Shown in pieces: positions 9,979-21,031 of a stretch of DNA of 64,000 nucleotides (positions within the stretch are counted from its first letter, which is position 1; each line of letters starts with the position of its first letter). The DNA lies in NCBI GenBank assembly GCA_963804165.1, contig CAWDPO010000003.1, positions 96,001 to 160,000 on the forward strand. Direction: 5' to 3'. A program made the translations under genes and the position numbers. This DNA is from an uncultured delta proteobacterium (GTDB taxonomy: Bacteria > Desulfobacterota > Binatia > UBA9968). The notes beneath the pieces were generated by a model. It saw only the letters and a list, made by a program, of their open reading frames with translations, ran no database searches and had not been told where the DNA came from.

Positions 9979-10978
9979 TTACTTGTTTACAGAATCGATA
10001 AAGCCGCTCTTCTCCAATTGTTCGACGACCGAGAAGTCGACAAACTGCTCAGGTTTGGGCAGCGGCTTTTTCCCGGGAAACTGATTCTCGACTCATAAAC
10101 TGAATCGCTTTCAAAGACGGGCGCGGGGTTTTTTGCAGCGTCGGCGCATAGTCCTGCCAGGTGCCTTCCAAGATCTCCTCATCGTTGATTTTGCCGTATT
10201 TGCCGAGGACTTTCTTACTGTACTCTTTGTCGGTGCGATAGCGATGCATGCCGCGGGTGAAGCCGCGCAGGAAGCGAGACGCGGTGTCGCGCTGTTGAGT
10301 TGATAAAGGTTCTGCGTCGTGATCACGGTGCCGTTGATGTCTTCGACGCCGAGCGTCGGCAAAATTGACCAACTCCCGCATGCCCAGCTTGGCGGCTTTT
10401 GGATACAGCGGATAACTCAAAGCGGCGGCTTGTACGATACCGTTGTGCAGCGCGGCAAAAGCTTCCGGTTGGGCGCCGAAGGTTAGATAGCGCCACATCT
10501 TTGTTCGGTTCGAGGTTGAATTGCTTCAGCGCGATCCGGACGACTTGATCCGAGGTCGAGCCGAACGTCGTGATGCCGGCCTTTTTCCCCTTCAAGTCTG
10601 ATGGCTGCTTGATCTCCGGGCCGAACCATCAAACGAAAGGGCGAGACCGTTCCGGTGGCGCCGATAATCACAACATCGGCGCCGGCGGCGGTGGCGGCTA
10701 CTGCCGCCGCTGCACCCGCCTGAATGATCGGCGCGCTGCCGCCGAGCATGGCGGCGACCATGCGGTGCTTCCGCCGACACGAATCAATTCAACATCCAAA
10801 CCTTCGTCGAGAAAATAGCCGGCCTCCTTGGCAATCCATGCAGTGGCCCAGGAGCCGGCGAAGCTGGGGTAGAGAAGGCGCATCGGCGTCGGAGCCGACG
10901 CGGCGAAACTGACCGCCGGAAGTATAACAGAACGAGAGCTAACAATAGAGACAGTTGTTCGTAAGATCTTTTGAACAT
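9979..10978 (-). CDS. ABC transporter substrate-binding protein, NMT1-like, multiply frameshifted
   Basis: Fragments WIAKEAGYFLDEGLDVELIRVGGS, KGKKAGITTFGSTSD, FLRGFTRG, and C-terminus FVDFSVVEQLEKSGFIDSVNK-stop. Confidence 0.75.
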
Positions 10979-11013
10979 GCTTTCCTCCGTACCAGATATT
11001 TGAGATAAAACCA

Positions 11014-12172
11014 TTATCCAGCGCTTGCCGGCGACTTCGCGAAACAAGCGCATGAAGTTGCCGCCGAGGATTTTTCCACGACGTTTGCGGCATAGCCGCG
11101 CTGCAACAAAGCCGGCGGCGATCAAAGAAAATTCTTTATGGGTCGGGATCGCTGATGATCCATGTCGAGACCGAAGAGATCGGTGGCGACGCCGACATGG
11201 TCAGCGCCGATCAAGTTCTTCACATAGTCGATGTTTGTAAATAGTTGTCAAAGGTATTCGCGGCGGCGCAGGTAACGGCCAGATGCCGATGACACCGCCT
11301 TTCTTGGCGATGGCGAGGATGTCTTTATCGCCAAATGGCGCGCGAGCGTCCAACAGAATATGCACCCGTATGGGAGAAAATGACCGGATGTTGACTCTCG
11401 GCAAGAATGCCGGCCAAAGTTTCTGCGGAGCAATGGGCCGATGTCGATGACCATGCCGAGCTTATTCATCTCGCTCACGACTTCGCGGCCGAACGAGGTG
11501 AGACCATTATGCCGCGGGTCCTCGGTCTGAATATCGCCGATCTCATTGATGCGGTAATGCAGCAATTGCAAAACCCGCACGCCGCGGTCATAAAAGAGAT
11601 GACACGCGAGACAAATCGCCCTCCAGCGGATCGCTGCCCTCGATGGCCAGCACGGCGCAGGGCGTAGCCCTCTTTTTGGCTTCGACGATTTCCGCCGGGC
11701 GATCGGGCAGCGGCGATTTTTCCTTCTTTGGTGGCTTCAAGAACCTTGTCGAGTTGCTCCCGTGCTTCGGCGAAGCAATTCGCTCTTCTCTCGGTTTCCG
11801 GGATTCCGTAACGCCGGCCCGCGGGATCGCGTCTGATCGGCGGATGGTCACCGCGCGCCGCGAACAGTCGCCGAGATCCAGACCCCCGGCTCTCATGTTG
11901 GCAGGCACTTCGGGATCGAACCGCGGAAAGTGGCCCCGGCCAGAAGCGTTGGGATGGCAATGGAGATCTACGGTGATGGTTTCTTTCGAGATTTCCGCCG
12001 CCTCCGCGAGAAGAGTGTTGTCGCCGAGTATGGCACGCAGAAGAGCCGAATCGATGGACATCGCAACAGTGCCTGTCGAGAGCAGGCGCAAAAATCCGCG
12101 CCGCGAAATCGATGGATCGGCGCTGCCGGAGTTTTGCCATTCAATTGGGTCGCCAGGGGCGATAGAAATCAT
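11014..12172 (-). CDS. Membrane dipeptidase (peptidase M19) with Tat signal, multiply frameshifted
   Basis: SRRGFLR Tat motif, DLHCH, VLAIEG, GLTSFGREVVSEMNKLGMVID, AIAKKGGVIGI, KILGGNFMRLF. 3' end approximate. Confidence 0.75.
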
Positions 12173-12299
12173 TTGCGCGATGTTCCTCGCTCTTGAATCG
12201 GTGGCTGCCGTCGTTCGCTTCTGGCGCTTAGTGCATGTAAAGATTAAGACTCAGGGCGATCTCGCATGCAACGTGAAGATACATCAAAGCCGAGAGCAA

Positions 12300-13510
12300 T
12301 TGAAAAGTTCACCGGACGGCACAGTGGGGCCACGGCTTTCGGGGCGCAACTTGGCCCGCTTTATTTTCTCGTCGTCATCTTTCTCTGAATTTTGTTTCGC
12401 GAATTATCCTCTCGCCGCTCTTGCCGACGATCGAAAAAGAGTTGGCGATCAGCCATAGCCAAGCGGGATTTTTCTTCTTTTTGACTTCCGGCGGTTACCT
12501 GGTCGGGTTGTTATCCTCGGGTTTGCTGGCATCGCGAACGACACACCGATTGGCAATTGTGGTTTCGATCTCTGGCGTGGGCGTGGCCATGTTGACGCAT
12601 CGCCTTTGCCGCCAGAGCTGTGGCGTGATGCGCTGCGGGCTTTTTGGCGTTGGATTTGCCGCCGGGCTCTACATGCCGTCGGCGATCGCGACGATCACCT
12701 CGCTGGTCGATCGACGCGCACTGGGGCAAAGCCATCGCCGTGCACGAGGTGGCTCCAACTTGGCATTTTTTATCAGCCCGTTTATCGCCGAGCTGTTTCT
12801 TAAATGGTCAAGCTGGCGTTCCGCGCTGGGTACACTCGGCGCGCTGGCGTTAATCGCCGGCGCGTGTTAGTTTCGCCCGTTTCGGCCGCGGCGGCGAGTT
12901 TCCCGGAGAGTCGCCGCTATCGACGGCGTTTGGTACGCTGGCGCGAATGCCGGCATTCTGGCTGATGTATTTTGTTCGGTCTTGGGTGTCAGCTCCACAG
13001 TGGGTGTTTACGCGATGCTGCCGCTTTATCTCGTCGCGGAACGAAGACTTCGAACCGACCTGGGCGAACACGATTCTGGCCTTTTCCCGCGCGCATGGCC
13101 CGATTTTCGGGCTTCTCGGCGGCTGGGCGTCGGACAAGCTCGGAGCGAGACAAACGATCATGCATCAGCTTGGCATTCACCGGCGTAGTGACGTTACTGC
13201 TGGGTTTGCTGTCGGAGGCGTGGCCTGAGCGCTGCGGTGTTTTCCAGCCCTTGGTCGCCGTTTGGTTTTTCCCGGCGGCCTTTGCGGCGATCGCGATGAT
13301 CACGCCGCCAACGCGCGGAATCTCGCGGTGTCATTCTCGGTGCCGTTCGGAGTTCGTTATCGGCGGCGGCGTCAATTCCCACGTTCATCGGCGCCATGGG
13401 CGATGCCGGATCGTTTGCGATCGGATTCGCTTTCACCGGCGTCGTTGATCGCTGCGGGCGGCTCGATGGCGCTATTGCTCAGGTTGCCTCCGACCGGCGA
13501 CAAGAAGTGA
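12300..13510 (+). CDS. MFS transporter, multiply frameshifted
   Basis: Hydrophobic fragments PTIEKELAISHSQAG, GLYMPSAIATIT, WGKAIAVHE, GGWASDKLG. Boundaries approximate. Confidence 0.7.
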
Positions 13511-13554
13511 TCGGCGGTTGTTTTCGCCGCGGCCGCTGTTCTATAAATTGAATC

Positions 13555-14317
13555 ATGATGAACCTCAAGCGATTTCGCGGAAAAAATGCGCGAGAGCGAA
13601 CAGATACTGTGGTATTTACCGGCGCGGGAATCAGCACGGAATCCGGCATTCCGGATTTCCGCAGTCCAGGCGGCGTCTGGACGCGCTACCGGCCCGATCA
13701 CGTTTCAGGAGTACTTGAGCAGCGAAGTCGGCGCGCATCGAAGCTTGGAAACGGCGCCTCGACGGCTGGGAGCAATACAAAAACGCCAAACCGAACATCG
13801 GCCATTATTTTATCCACTCGTTGGATGCCAAAGGAAAACTCGTCGGGCTGATCACACAAAACGTCGACGGCTTGCACAGCGTGGCGGGACTGGCCGGACG
13901 AAAAGATCGTCGAGCTGCACGGCAGCAACGGCAAAGTTCTCTGTCTAAAGTGCGACCGGAGTTCGATCCCGACGAGGTTATCAAACGGCTGGTCGGGGGC
14001 TTCGAATCTCCCAAATGCGACGCGTGCGGCGGTATTCTCAAATCTGCGACGGTTTCCTTCGGCCAGGCGATGCCGGAGAAAGCGATGCGCGTCGGCGCAG
14101 GAGTGGACCGAGCAGGCGGAAATTTTCATCGTTATGGGCTCGTCGTTGCAGGTGCAGCCGGCGGCATCATTTCCGGTCGACCGCCAAACGCAACGGTGCG
14201 CTGCTGGCGATTATCAACCGCGAGCCGGGCCCGCTCGATGAAATCGCCGATTTCGTCCATCACGGTGCCATCGGCGAGTTTTGCGCGCGGTTCGGCGAAA
14301 TGATCGCGGACGGATAA
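13555..14317 (+). CDS. cobB: Sir2 family NAD-dependent protein deacylase, frameshifted
   Basis: [36 protein letters not shown] and AIINREP across frames. Confidence 0.8.
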
Positions 14318-14326
14318 ATCGGAAAT

Positions 14327-14406
14327 CTCCCGTCAAAGACGCAAAGTTCGCAAAGAAAACAATAAAATAAATTCCGAACTTGGCGTCCTTAGCGCCTTGG
14401 CGCGAG
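14327..14406. repeat. Inverted array of CGCAAAG-type units
   Basis: ctcccgtcaaagacgcaaagttcgcaaag is the imperfect reverse complement of cttggcgtccttagcgccttggcgcgag. Confidence 0.7.
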
Positions 14407-14443
14407 GAATATCCGAGTCGATGTATGGCAACGGAGGTTCAAA

Positions 14444-15454
14444 ATGATCGATTGGAAAATGATCGACGCGGACGGTCATATCCGCGAAGTGGAGAGCGAC
14501 GTTTTCGAGTACCTACCGGAACACTACAAAAACCGCCGCGAGGCGGTGCTGTATTTTCCGCTGCTGCCGCACCATGGCTGGCATCGCCAGGCGGGCCACG
14601 GCGGCATGGGCGGCATCGTTTCTCATTCCTACTCTGCAGGATTGGCGCATGGCGCTGGAGCAAGGCAATATCGAAGCGGCGGTGGTTTATCCCACGCGCT
14701 TCATGCACATCGGCCAAGTCGGCATGACCGAGTTCGCCGTCGATTTGAGCAGCGCCTACAACGATTATCTATACGACCGCTTTCTGCGCGACGAGAACGC
14801 GCTTGAAGGGCATTGCGGTGTTGCCGCTGCAAGACGTTCCCGCTGCGGTGATCGAGTTGCGCCGCGCCGTGAAAGACTACGGCATGGTCGGCGGGGTGTT
14901 GCCGGCGGATGGCTTGCCGAGGCCCCTGGGTCATCCTGAGTTCCATCCACTCTACGAAGAGGCGAATCGTTTGGGCTGCATGCTCGCGGTGCACTCGCAG
15001 AATTCGCTGCGCAACAACGATCTTTTCATGTGGCGCGGTGAAGCGGCGACGCTGGCCCACGTCTGGCCGCAAATGCGCCAGTTCACCAACTTCATGTTTT
15101 CCGGGGTGCTCGGGAGATTTCCCGACTTGAAAATAGCTTTTCTCGAGGCGGGTTGCGGCTGGGTGCCTTATCTAATGAGCAAGATGGAAGCGCGCATGGG
15201 CGAAGCTGCCTGCGCCCGTCGAAACTGATCGAACGTGGGCAAATTTATTTTCAGTGTGGCGAAGAGATGACGACCAGCCGGGATCTGGAGCTGATCGGCG
15301 ACGAATGCCTGTTTTGGGCGTCGGACTTTCCCCACGAAGGGATCGTCGATATGAGCAAGGCGGTGAATGAATTCTTGAGCCGAGAGGATATTCCCGAAGC
15401 GGCAAAAAGAAAAATCAGCTACGACAATCCGAAAACGGCTTTACGGCAATTTAG
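14444..15454 (+). CDS. Amidohydrolase_2 family protein, frameshifted
   Basis: IDADGHIRE, AVVYPT, AVHS, FPDLKIAFLEAGCGWVP and FWASDFPHE across 4 frames; 3' end approximate. Confidence 0.8.
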
Positions 15455-15462
15455 AAATTCGC

Positions 15463-15557
15463 GTTTCAATTGTTCCAATCGTTCCAGCCGTTCCAATTGT
15501 TTAGCGGAATCGGGTTCCGGGCATTGGAACGACTGGAACGTATGAAACTATTGGAAC
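15463..15557. repeat. Inverted array of 9-nt units (GTTCCAATC / GATTGGAAC)
   Basis: gtttcaatt gttccaatc gttccagcc gttccaatt ... cattggaac gactggaac gtatgaaac tattggaac between convergent genes. Confidence 0.85.
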
Positions 15558-15566
15558 TTTTGAGGT

Positions 15567-15956
15567 TCAGCCGTCGCTGACTTCCGCCGGAACCTGTTGC
15601 CGCATGTCTTTGCGCGTGACGTAGTCGATGATTTGGATCTTTTCTGCCGGGCCGGAGCGGTTGCCCATCATGATCATCGGGCCGTCGCCGGTGTTTTCCA
15701 AAGTATAAAACGAACCGCCGGTGATCAGCGCGGCCTGACCGGATGTAAGCCGCACTTTACCGCCGTCGGGAAAGCTCATCGTGCATTCGCCGTCGAGGAC
15801 GACGAACGTCTGGTCGGCGTTGTGGCAGTGCATGGCGTCTTTTTGTCCCGGCTGATAGTAGTGCATCCAGGAGTGGAAGCGCGGCGTGTTAAAGATGTTC
15901 TTGCGCCGTTTTTCCTTGTGCGCCATATCGACGAGATCGACGACTTCGATGCCCAT
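15567..15956 (-). CDS. Cupin domain protein
   Basis: PGQKDAMHCHNADQTFVVLDGE cupin motif 1; GAGGAGG RBS. Confidence 0.8.
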   Translation of the reverse strand: MGIEVVDLVDMAHKEKRRKNIFNTPRFHSWMHYYQPGQKDAMHCHNADQTFVVLDGECTMSFPDGGKVRLTSGQAALITGGSFYTLENTGDGPMIMMGNRSGPAEKIQIIDYVTRKDMRQQVPAEVSDG

Positions 15957-15985
15957 TGAAAATTCCTCCTCGTTGTTATTTTTCG

Positions 15986-16366
15986 CTATAAAACTGCGAT
16001 CACTTCAATTTGAAACAGGTTGTCGCCGCGCAGCTCGACTTTCGTCGCGTGGCGCGCCGGACGATCGTGCTCGTCCGGGAACATCTTGAGCCAGGCCTTG
16101 TTGACCGAGTCGCGGAGCTTTTCTTCTTTGAGGTACACCTTCATGTAAGCGATATTATCGGGCGCGCCGCCGGCGTTTTCCATGAACAAGCGCAGGTTGC
16201 GAAACATCGCTTCCGCCTGTTCGTCGGGGTCGGGCGACAACACGCCGGTCTTGGCGTCTTTGCCGGATATCGCAGAGGAAAAAATCAGATTGCCGATTGT
16301 CACGCCGTTGGGAATCGGCGCGCCGTGCTCCATGCCCTTAACATGAATGCTTTTTCTCTTCGCCAT
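15986..16366 (-). CDS. RidA/YjgF family protein
   Basis: GNLIFSSAISG, RPARH, FQIEVIA. Confidence 0.85.
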   Translation of the reverse strand: MAKRKSIHVKGMEHGAPIPNGVTIGNLIFSSAISGKDAKTGVLSPDPDEQAEAMFRNLRLFMENAGGAPDNIAYMKVYLKEEKLRDSVNKAWLKMFPDEHDRPARHATKVELRGDNLFQIEVIAVL

Positions 16367-16428
16367 GGGATCTCTCCTGATTGATTTATTCGCTTGAGGT
16401 TTTCATAGCACGAGGCGCGAACCCCCGT

Positions 16429-17928
16429 CTAGCCCGGGACAGGGATCCTTTTACCAAGCTCCTGATCGACGTGCCACATCGCCCGGCAGTCGTCTTCATT
16501 GTAGATCAGCGCTGGGTCGATGGCGAAGAGATCCTTGTTCTCCAAATAATCCCAGTAGCAAACCATCGATTGATACGCGCCGATGTCTTTCTGGCGCCAG
16601 TGAAAACCGAGCGCCGGCGCCACCGACTTAATCGAGAAGGTCGGCACGGGCAAATAAACGGCGTCTTGAATCGCTACTTTCAGATCGAAACAGTGGGGAA
16701 TGATCTGCGCCAGCGATCCCGCTAACGGCGGCCAGCGGCGCGCCACGCGGCGCATCTGGTGGATCTCGAAATCGGTCCAATGATAGAGCCGGACGTCGCG
16801 CGGATCACCGACATAGTCGATAAACTCTTCGAATATCCGCCCTTCATCTTCGGCGCCGCGACTGAGAAATTTGACGAACTGATCGCGTGAGCCGTCGTAA
16901 CAACCGATCAGATAGGTATGTGGCGGTTCAGTGGGATAGACGGCGTCGGTCGTCTCGAAATCGAAGTAGAGCAGCCGCTTGGCGCGGGGAATCTTAAGTT
17001 CATGGCCCGGCTTTAAAATCGGACCGGTGATCCTATAGGCTCGCGCGACGTGGTGCGCGATGGCGCCGTAGTGTTCGCCGACCATTTCAATAATCTCTTC
17101 CTGGCGGAGCGGCCACAGCTGATCGATGCGAGCGATGCCCGCATTGCGCAGTTTGTCGCGTTCGCGCTTGGGAATTCCTCCGAGGAGCACTAAATCATTC
17201 GCTGTCTGCGCATGATGGTTACCGTAGAATCGCCATGGTGAGCTCGTCGCGTGGGGCGGACGTTTGGTTTCGGGAATCAGTTCGCCGTCGCGCAACGATT
17301 TCCACAAATGGCGAGTGGACGCGAGATCCGTCTCGCATCCGATGTACGGAACCGTGTCAGTGCCGTTTTTAAGCACGAGGGTGAGCTGAGTTGGAACGTA
17401 ACCTTGGAGCAGCGCGACGCTCTGATTATAAAAGGCGGCTTGTAGGACATGATACGACTGCAAGGAGTTCGACCGCTTGAGCTCGACGACGCGGTAGTGA
17501 AACGAGCCGAGATCGGATCGGGCGGAATCATCGCGCACCAGGAGATCCCCTTTGCCATAGCTCTCTTGTCCGAGATCCCATAACTGCGGCTGATAGATCG
17601 CCGGCGCGCCGTCGAGCATGGCGCGAAGAGTATTCTTGAGCGCGTCGAAGCCGAACGCGGGTTGGATTTCGAGCGCGTCTGGAAAATGGGCGTTGACCCA
17701 TTGCCGCTCATGCTCGATGCCGTGTTGCATGCGCAGCTCGTCATAGCGCGTCGTTTCATCGACGGCCGCTTCTTTGGGGGCGTGGTATTCGCACCAGATC
17801 CAGAACGGATCTTTGAGCAGATAATAGGCGAGCGAAGGACGGAAGAGTTGATGCCGATTGAATTTGCGCCCGGCCGTGGCACGCTGGATCAGCTCTTCGA
17901 GCCGTATCTTGCTTTGCGATTGAGCCAT
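16429..17928 (-). CDS. TM0106 family RecB-like nuclease with C-terminal RNase H-like domain
   Basis: PD-(D/E)XK-like GKGDLL...VELKRS...LQAAFY; YFDFET; FSIKSVAPALGFHWR; YNEDDCRA. Confidence 0.85.
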   Translation of the reverse strand: MAQSQSKIRLEELIQRATAGRKFNRHQLFRPSLAYYLLKDPFWIWCEYHAPKEAAVDETTRYDELRMQHGIEHERQWVNAHFPDALEIQPAFGFDALKNTLRAMLDGAPAIYQPQLWDLGQESYGKGDLLVRDDSARSDLGSFHYRVVELKRSNSLQSYHVLQAAFYNQSVALLQGYVPTQLTLVLKNGTDTVPYIGCETDLASTRHLWKSLRDGELIPETKRPPHATSSPWRFYGNHHAQTANDLVLLGGIPKRERDKLRNAGIARIDQLWPLRQEEIIEMVGEHYGAIAHHVARAYRITGPILKPGHELKIPRAKRLLYFDFETTDAVYPTEPPHTYLIGCYDGSRDQFVKFLSRGAEDEGRIFEEFIDYVGDPRDVRLYHWTDFEIHQMRRVARRWPPLAGSLAQIIPHCFDLKVAIQDAVYLPVPTFSIKSVAPALGFHWRQKDIGAYQSMVCYWDYLENKDLFAIDPALIYNEDDCRAMWHVDQELGKRIPVPG

Positions 17929-17929
17929 T

Positions 17930-18703
17930 TTAATCGGACGGCGGATTCAGAAAGTCGACCACGATCTCAGAAAACTCGTCCGGCGCGTCGATGTGAACCC
18001 AATGGCCGGCGCCGGCAATGGTCTTGAATTGTGCTTGTGGAAACCGCGATCGGATTGACGGCAAATCACTTTCTTCGAGAAGGTTCGACCGGCCGCCGCG
18101 GATGAAGCAGGCGGGTTTGTTGAAAGGTTGTTCCACGATAACCGCTCTGGTCAGCTCATCGTAATTTTGCATGATTGCGTCCAGCGGGATGCGCCAGCGA
18201 AATCCATGATCGCCGTCCCGCTTCAGATTCTTCATCAGGAATTGTCTGGTGGCCTGATCCGGGATAGCTTCGCTGAGGACAGTGTCAATATCTCCGAAAG
18301 TTTTAAAAGCCGGCAGATTGAGGCCGCGAAGCGCCGCGAGCAATATTCTCTGTGTTGGCGGATAAGCTTTCGGCGCGATGTCGACGGCGATAAGTTTGTC
18401 GACCCTACCGGGATATTGCGCCGCGAACTGAATGGCGACTTTGCCGCCCATGGAATGACCGAGGACGAAGGACGTCCCCAGATCCTGCGCTTCGATAAAT
18501 TCTCGCAGGTCTTCAGCCATAATCGGGTAATTCATCACATTGCTGTGCGGCGATTGGCCGTGATTGCGTAGATCGACGCAATACACTTTGAAGCGGGTGG
18601 CCAGGCGTTTGCTCATGGCGCGCCAGTTGTCCGACGAACCGAGAAATCCGTGGAGAATGACCAGCGGGTGCCCGTCACCCTGAAGGTAAAAGTAGAGTTG
18701 CAT
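17930..18703 (-). CDS. YbfF-like alpha/beta-fold esterase
   Basis: LHGFLGSSDNW, DLRNHG, GHSMGGK, VDIAP, AGHWVH. Confidence 0.9.
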   Translation of the reverse strand: MQLYFYLQGDGHPLVILHGFLGSSDNWRAMSKRLATRFKVYCVDLRNHGQSPHSNVMNYPIMAEDLREFIEAQDLGTSFVLGHSMGGKVAIQFAAQYPGRVDKLIAVDIAPKAYPPTQRILLAALRGLNLPAFKTFGDIDTVLSEAIPDQATRQFLMKNLKRDGDHGFRWRIPLDAIMQNYDELTRAVIVEQPFNKPACFIRGGRSNLLEESDLPSIRSRFPQAQFKTIAGAGHWVHIDAPDEFSEIVVDFLNPPSD

Positions 18704-18749
18704 AGTTTCCGGGGTTGCACGCCCCGCCTGCAACTCTTACAAGATTGCC

Positions 18750-19022
18750 ATGAAAAAGAAACAATTTCGAAGGCGGCGTTTCACGCTTCACTGGGGCGGC
18801 GGTTGGGTCACCGAAGAGGCGCGCTCGATTACGCAATATCACGAGCCGTCGATCCAGCTACTGTCCTTCGATTCGGGAGCGAAATCGCTGCGCTTTTGTT
18901 ACTACCACGACGGGGTCTTTCAAGGCGGGCCGCTGATCGTAAGCGAGTCCCAACTCGCCGGTTTGCGCCGGGAGATCCGCAAAAACAAAGCGCTCCATGC
19001 GTTGATGAAAAAATTGGTTTGA
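18750..19022 (+). CDS. Hypothetical protein (90 aa, basic)
   Basis: ATG-started ORF with protein-like composition filling the gap between two minus-strand genes; no family recognised. Confidence 0.55.
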   Translation: MKKKQFRRRRFTLHWGGGWVTEEARSITQYHEPSIQLLSFDSGAKSLRFCYYHDGVFQGGPLIVSESQLAGLRREIRKNKALHALMKKLV

Positions 19023-19177
19023 ATGGATCTTCGCAAAAACTTGTGTCGGGATCCGGGGGAGACTGCGCGCACCGTTGTGCAACGTCCCTTGACATTGCGC
19101 TGCAAAATTCGATGACCGAAAAGCTGTTCGTCCTAGTTGCTTGCTCTAGCTGGAGGAAGCGGGGGTGGGCCGTAAGC

Positions 19178-20728
19178 TCAGTTTTGCGCGGCGACGCGTG
19201 CGGCGACTTCGCTGCGAATGAATCCCGGCGGGCGGCCGTGTTTCGAGTGGATTTCCAGCCAGCCGTCGCGGCTGTTGACAACGTTGACTTTCAGGCCCGG
19301 TTCGATATCGCCGATCGACTGCGAGAATTCACTCGGCGCGGCATAGACTCGGCTCGCGCGGGTAATTTTATAGGTGGCTGCGACTCGTGATGGTGGCTTT
19401 ACCGGCAGGGCCAGGTTGGCGCTTTCGCGATTGTCCCTGACAGCGGGCCGGACCGCGTCTTTCACCGCGGAGGGCGCGGGTGCGGCCTCGGGTGCGACGG
19501 CGGTGGCCTGGATGCTGGCGGTTAATTCACGTTCGGGCTGCTTCGGCAGACCATCGTTACTGCTGGCAGTAACCGTCGGCACCGTCGATTCGGAGGAGTC
19601 CAAGTCAACGTACCAGGCTCCAAGTGCTCCCGCGGCCATCAACAAAACCACCACAGAAAAAATGCCAAACCGGCGCGCTCGTTTTGGTTCCGCTTGCGCA
19701 ACAGCCGCGGGTTGCTCCGGCTCCAGCGGGGCAGCACTTGGTGCCGCCGTCGACTGGCTGGCAATCCCGTTCGTGAGCGAAGTCGTTGCTTGCACCGCCT
19801 GGACGGGAGCGGCCATAAGCCGAGCAAAGGCTTCTAAATCGTCCTGAAGCTCGCGCTGTTTTTCGACGACTGAAACTTGTTTAGAGATCAGTTCGCTATA
19901 GGGCTTTTGTAGTGCGCTGATCTGCTGGCGATGCGCTTCCGCCTCCGCGATGCGCGCTTGCCACCGAGGAATCTCCTCGTCGCGGCGGCGGATCTCGTCG
20001 CACAGGGCCTGTTGAGCTTGCTCGGACTCAGCGCAACGGGCGCGCAGCGTGTCCAGTTCGTGAAGTTTTTCTCGGCCCGCTGAAATTTCGCTATCCATTT
20101 CGGTTATGCGCGCCTGCAAGCGTTGGCGTTCTTCGAGGTGTTTAGCTTCCAGCGCGTCGACGTTGACCACGTTCCGTTGAGCGGTTTCGAGCCCGCCAAG
20201 TTTTGCCTGGCTATCGTCGAGTTTCTGTCGCAGCTCGGCAATTTCGCTCTGTGCCTGAGCCAACAGTTGTTGGCTAACGTCTTGCTGAGCTGTGACCGAG
20301 CCTTGGGATTGTGTCTCGTTGACTTGCAGCCGGCTGCGCAGTTCGTTCAATTCCATTTTCAATTGCTCGTTGGACAAACGGAGTTGACGCGCTTCATCCT
20401 GATCACCGGCGTTGCTCTGCTGCGTCGCTTCCAACTCTGCGATGGTTCTCCGGCTTAATTCCAGCTTGCCGGAAAGCCCGGCCATTTGACTGTGGAGGTC
20501 CTGGTTAGCTGCGCGCAGCTCCGCCAATTGCGCGAAGTTGTCTTGCTGCGGCACAATCGCTTGTGGCGGCACATTTCCCTGCGGAGCATCTTCCAGTTTG
20601 GCGAGCAAGTTCTCGATCTCGCGCCGCTTATTTCTAAGCTCTCTTTCCGATGCGATCAAAAAGACACCCAGTAAAGCGATAGCTGCGCCGGCAAACATTA
20701 CGATCCAAACAAACAGGCTTTGCATCAT
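19178..20728 (-). CDS. Membrane-anchored coiled-coil protein with second TM and C-terminal SH3b domain
   Basis: N-terminal TM, long heptad-rich region, TM (FGIFSVVVLLMAAGALGAWY), Pro/Ala linker, SH3b-like end (VNVVNSRDGWLEIHSKHGRPPGFI). Confidence 0.8.
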   Translation of the reverse strand: MMQSLFVWIVMFAGAAIALLGVFLIASERELRNKRREIENLLAKLEDAPQGNVPPQAIVPQQDNFAQLAELRAANQDLHSQMAGLSGKLELSRRTIAELEATQQSNAGDQDEARQLRLSNEQLKMELNELRSRLQVNETQSQGSVTAQQDVSQQLLAQAQSEIAELRQKLDDSQAKLGGLETAQRNVVNVDALEAKHLEERQRLQARITEMDSEISAGREKLHELDTLRARCAESEQAQQALCDEIRRRDEEIPRWQARIAEAEAHRQQISALQKPYSELISKQVSVVEKQRELQDDLEAFARLMAAPVQAVQATTSLTNGIASQSTAAPSAAPLEPEQPAAVAQAEPKRARRFGIFSVVVLLMAAGALGAWYVDLDSSESTVPTVTASSNDGLPKQPERELTASIQATAVAPEAAPAPSAVKDAVRPAVRDNRESANLALPVKPPSRVAATYKITRASRVYAAPSEFSQSIGDIEPGLKVNVVNSRDGWLEIHSKHGRPPGFIRSEVAARVAAQN

Positions 20729-20770
20729 CGTCTCCTAATCTATATTTTTACACGGTTCATTATCCAACTT

Positions 20771-20787
20771 CGCCAAATATATGCCAA
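20771..20787 (-). promoter_or_regulatory. Candidate sigma-54 promoter
   Basis: Minus strand TTGGCATATATTTGGCG has GG-N10-GC spacing about 45 bp upstream of the coiled-coil gene start; the -12 box deviates from TTGC. Confidence 0.4.
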
Positions 20788-21031
20788 GGTAAAAGAACGA
20801 CCCTTGATTACCCGCATTGCTTGCATCTCGGCTAGTTTTTACTTGGAAGGGCATAATTTGCAGCTTCGCCGAGGAAGATTACGAACAAATTCGTGAACTC
20901 TGAAGAATTTTGTAACTGCTTGACCAGTAACGATTTTCTGCTCCAGAGCCGTTCAATGAAAGGCGCCTCCGGACCCCGTCGCTCGCAACACCTCATAAAC
21001 TGGAAACTTGGAAAAGATCTTACGTGAGTGC

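Noticed and set aside
8234-15454. Programmed ribosomal frameshifting or phase variation
   Set aside because: Too many shifts per gene across unrelated genes, without evident slippery heptamers or long repeat tracts; sequencing error is more parsimonious.
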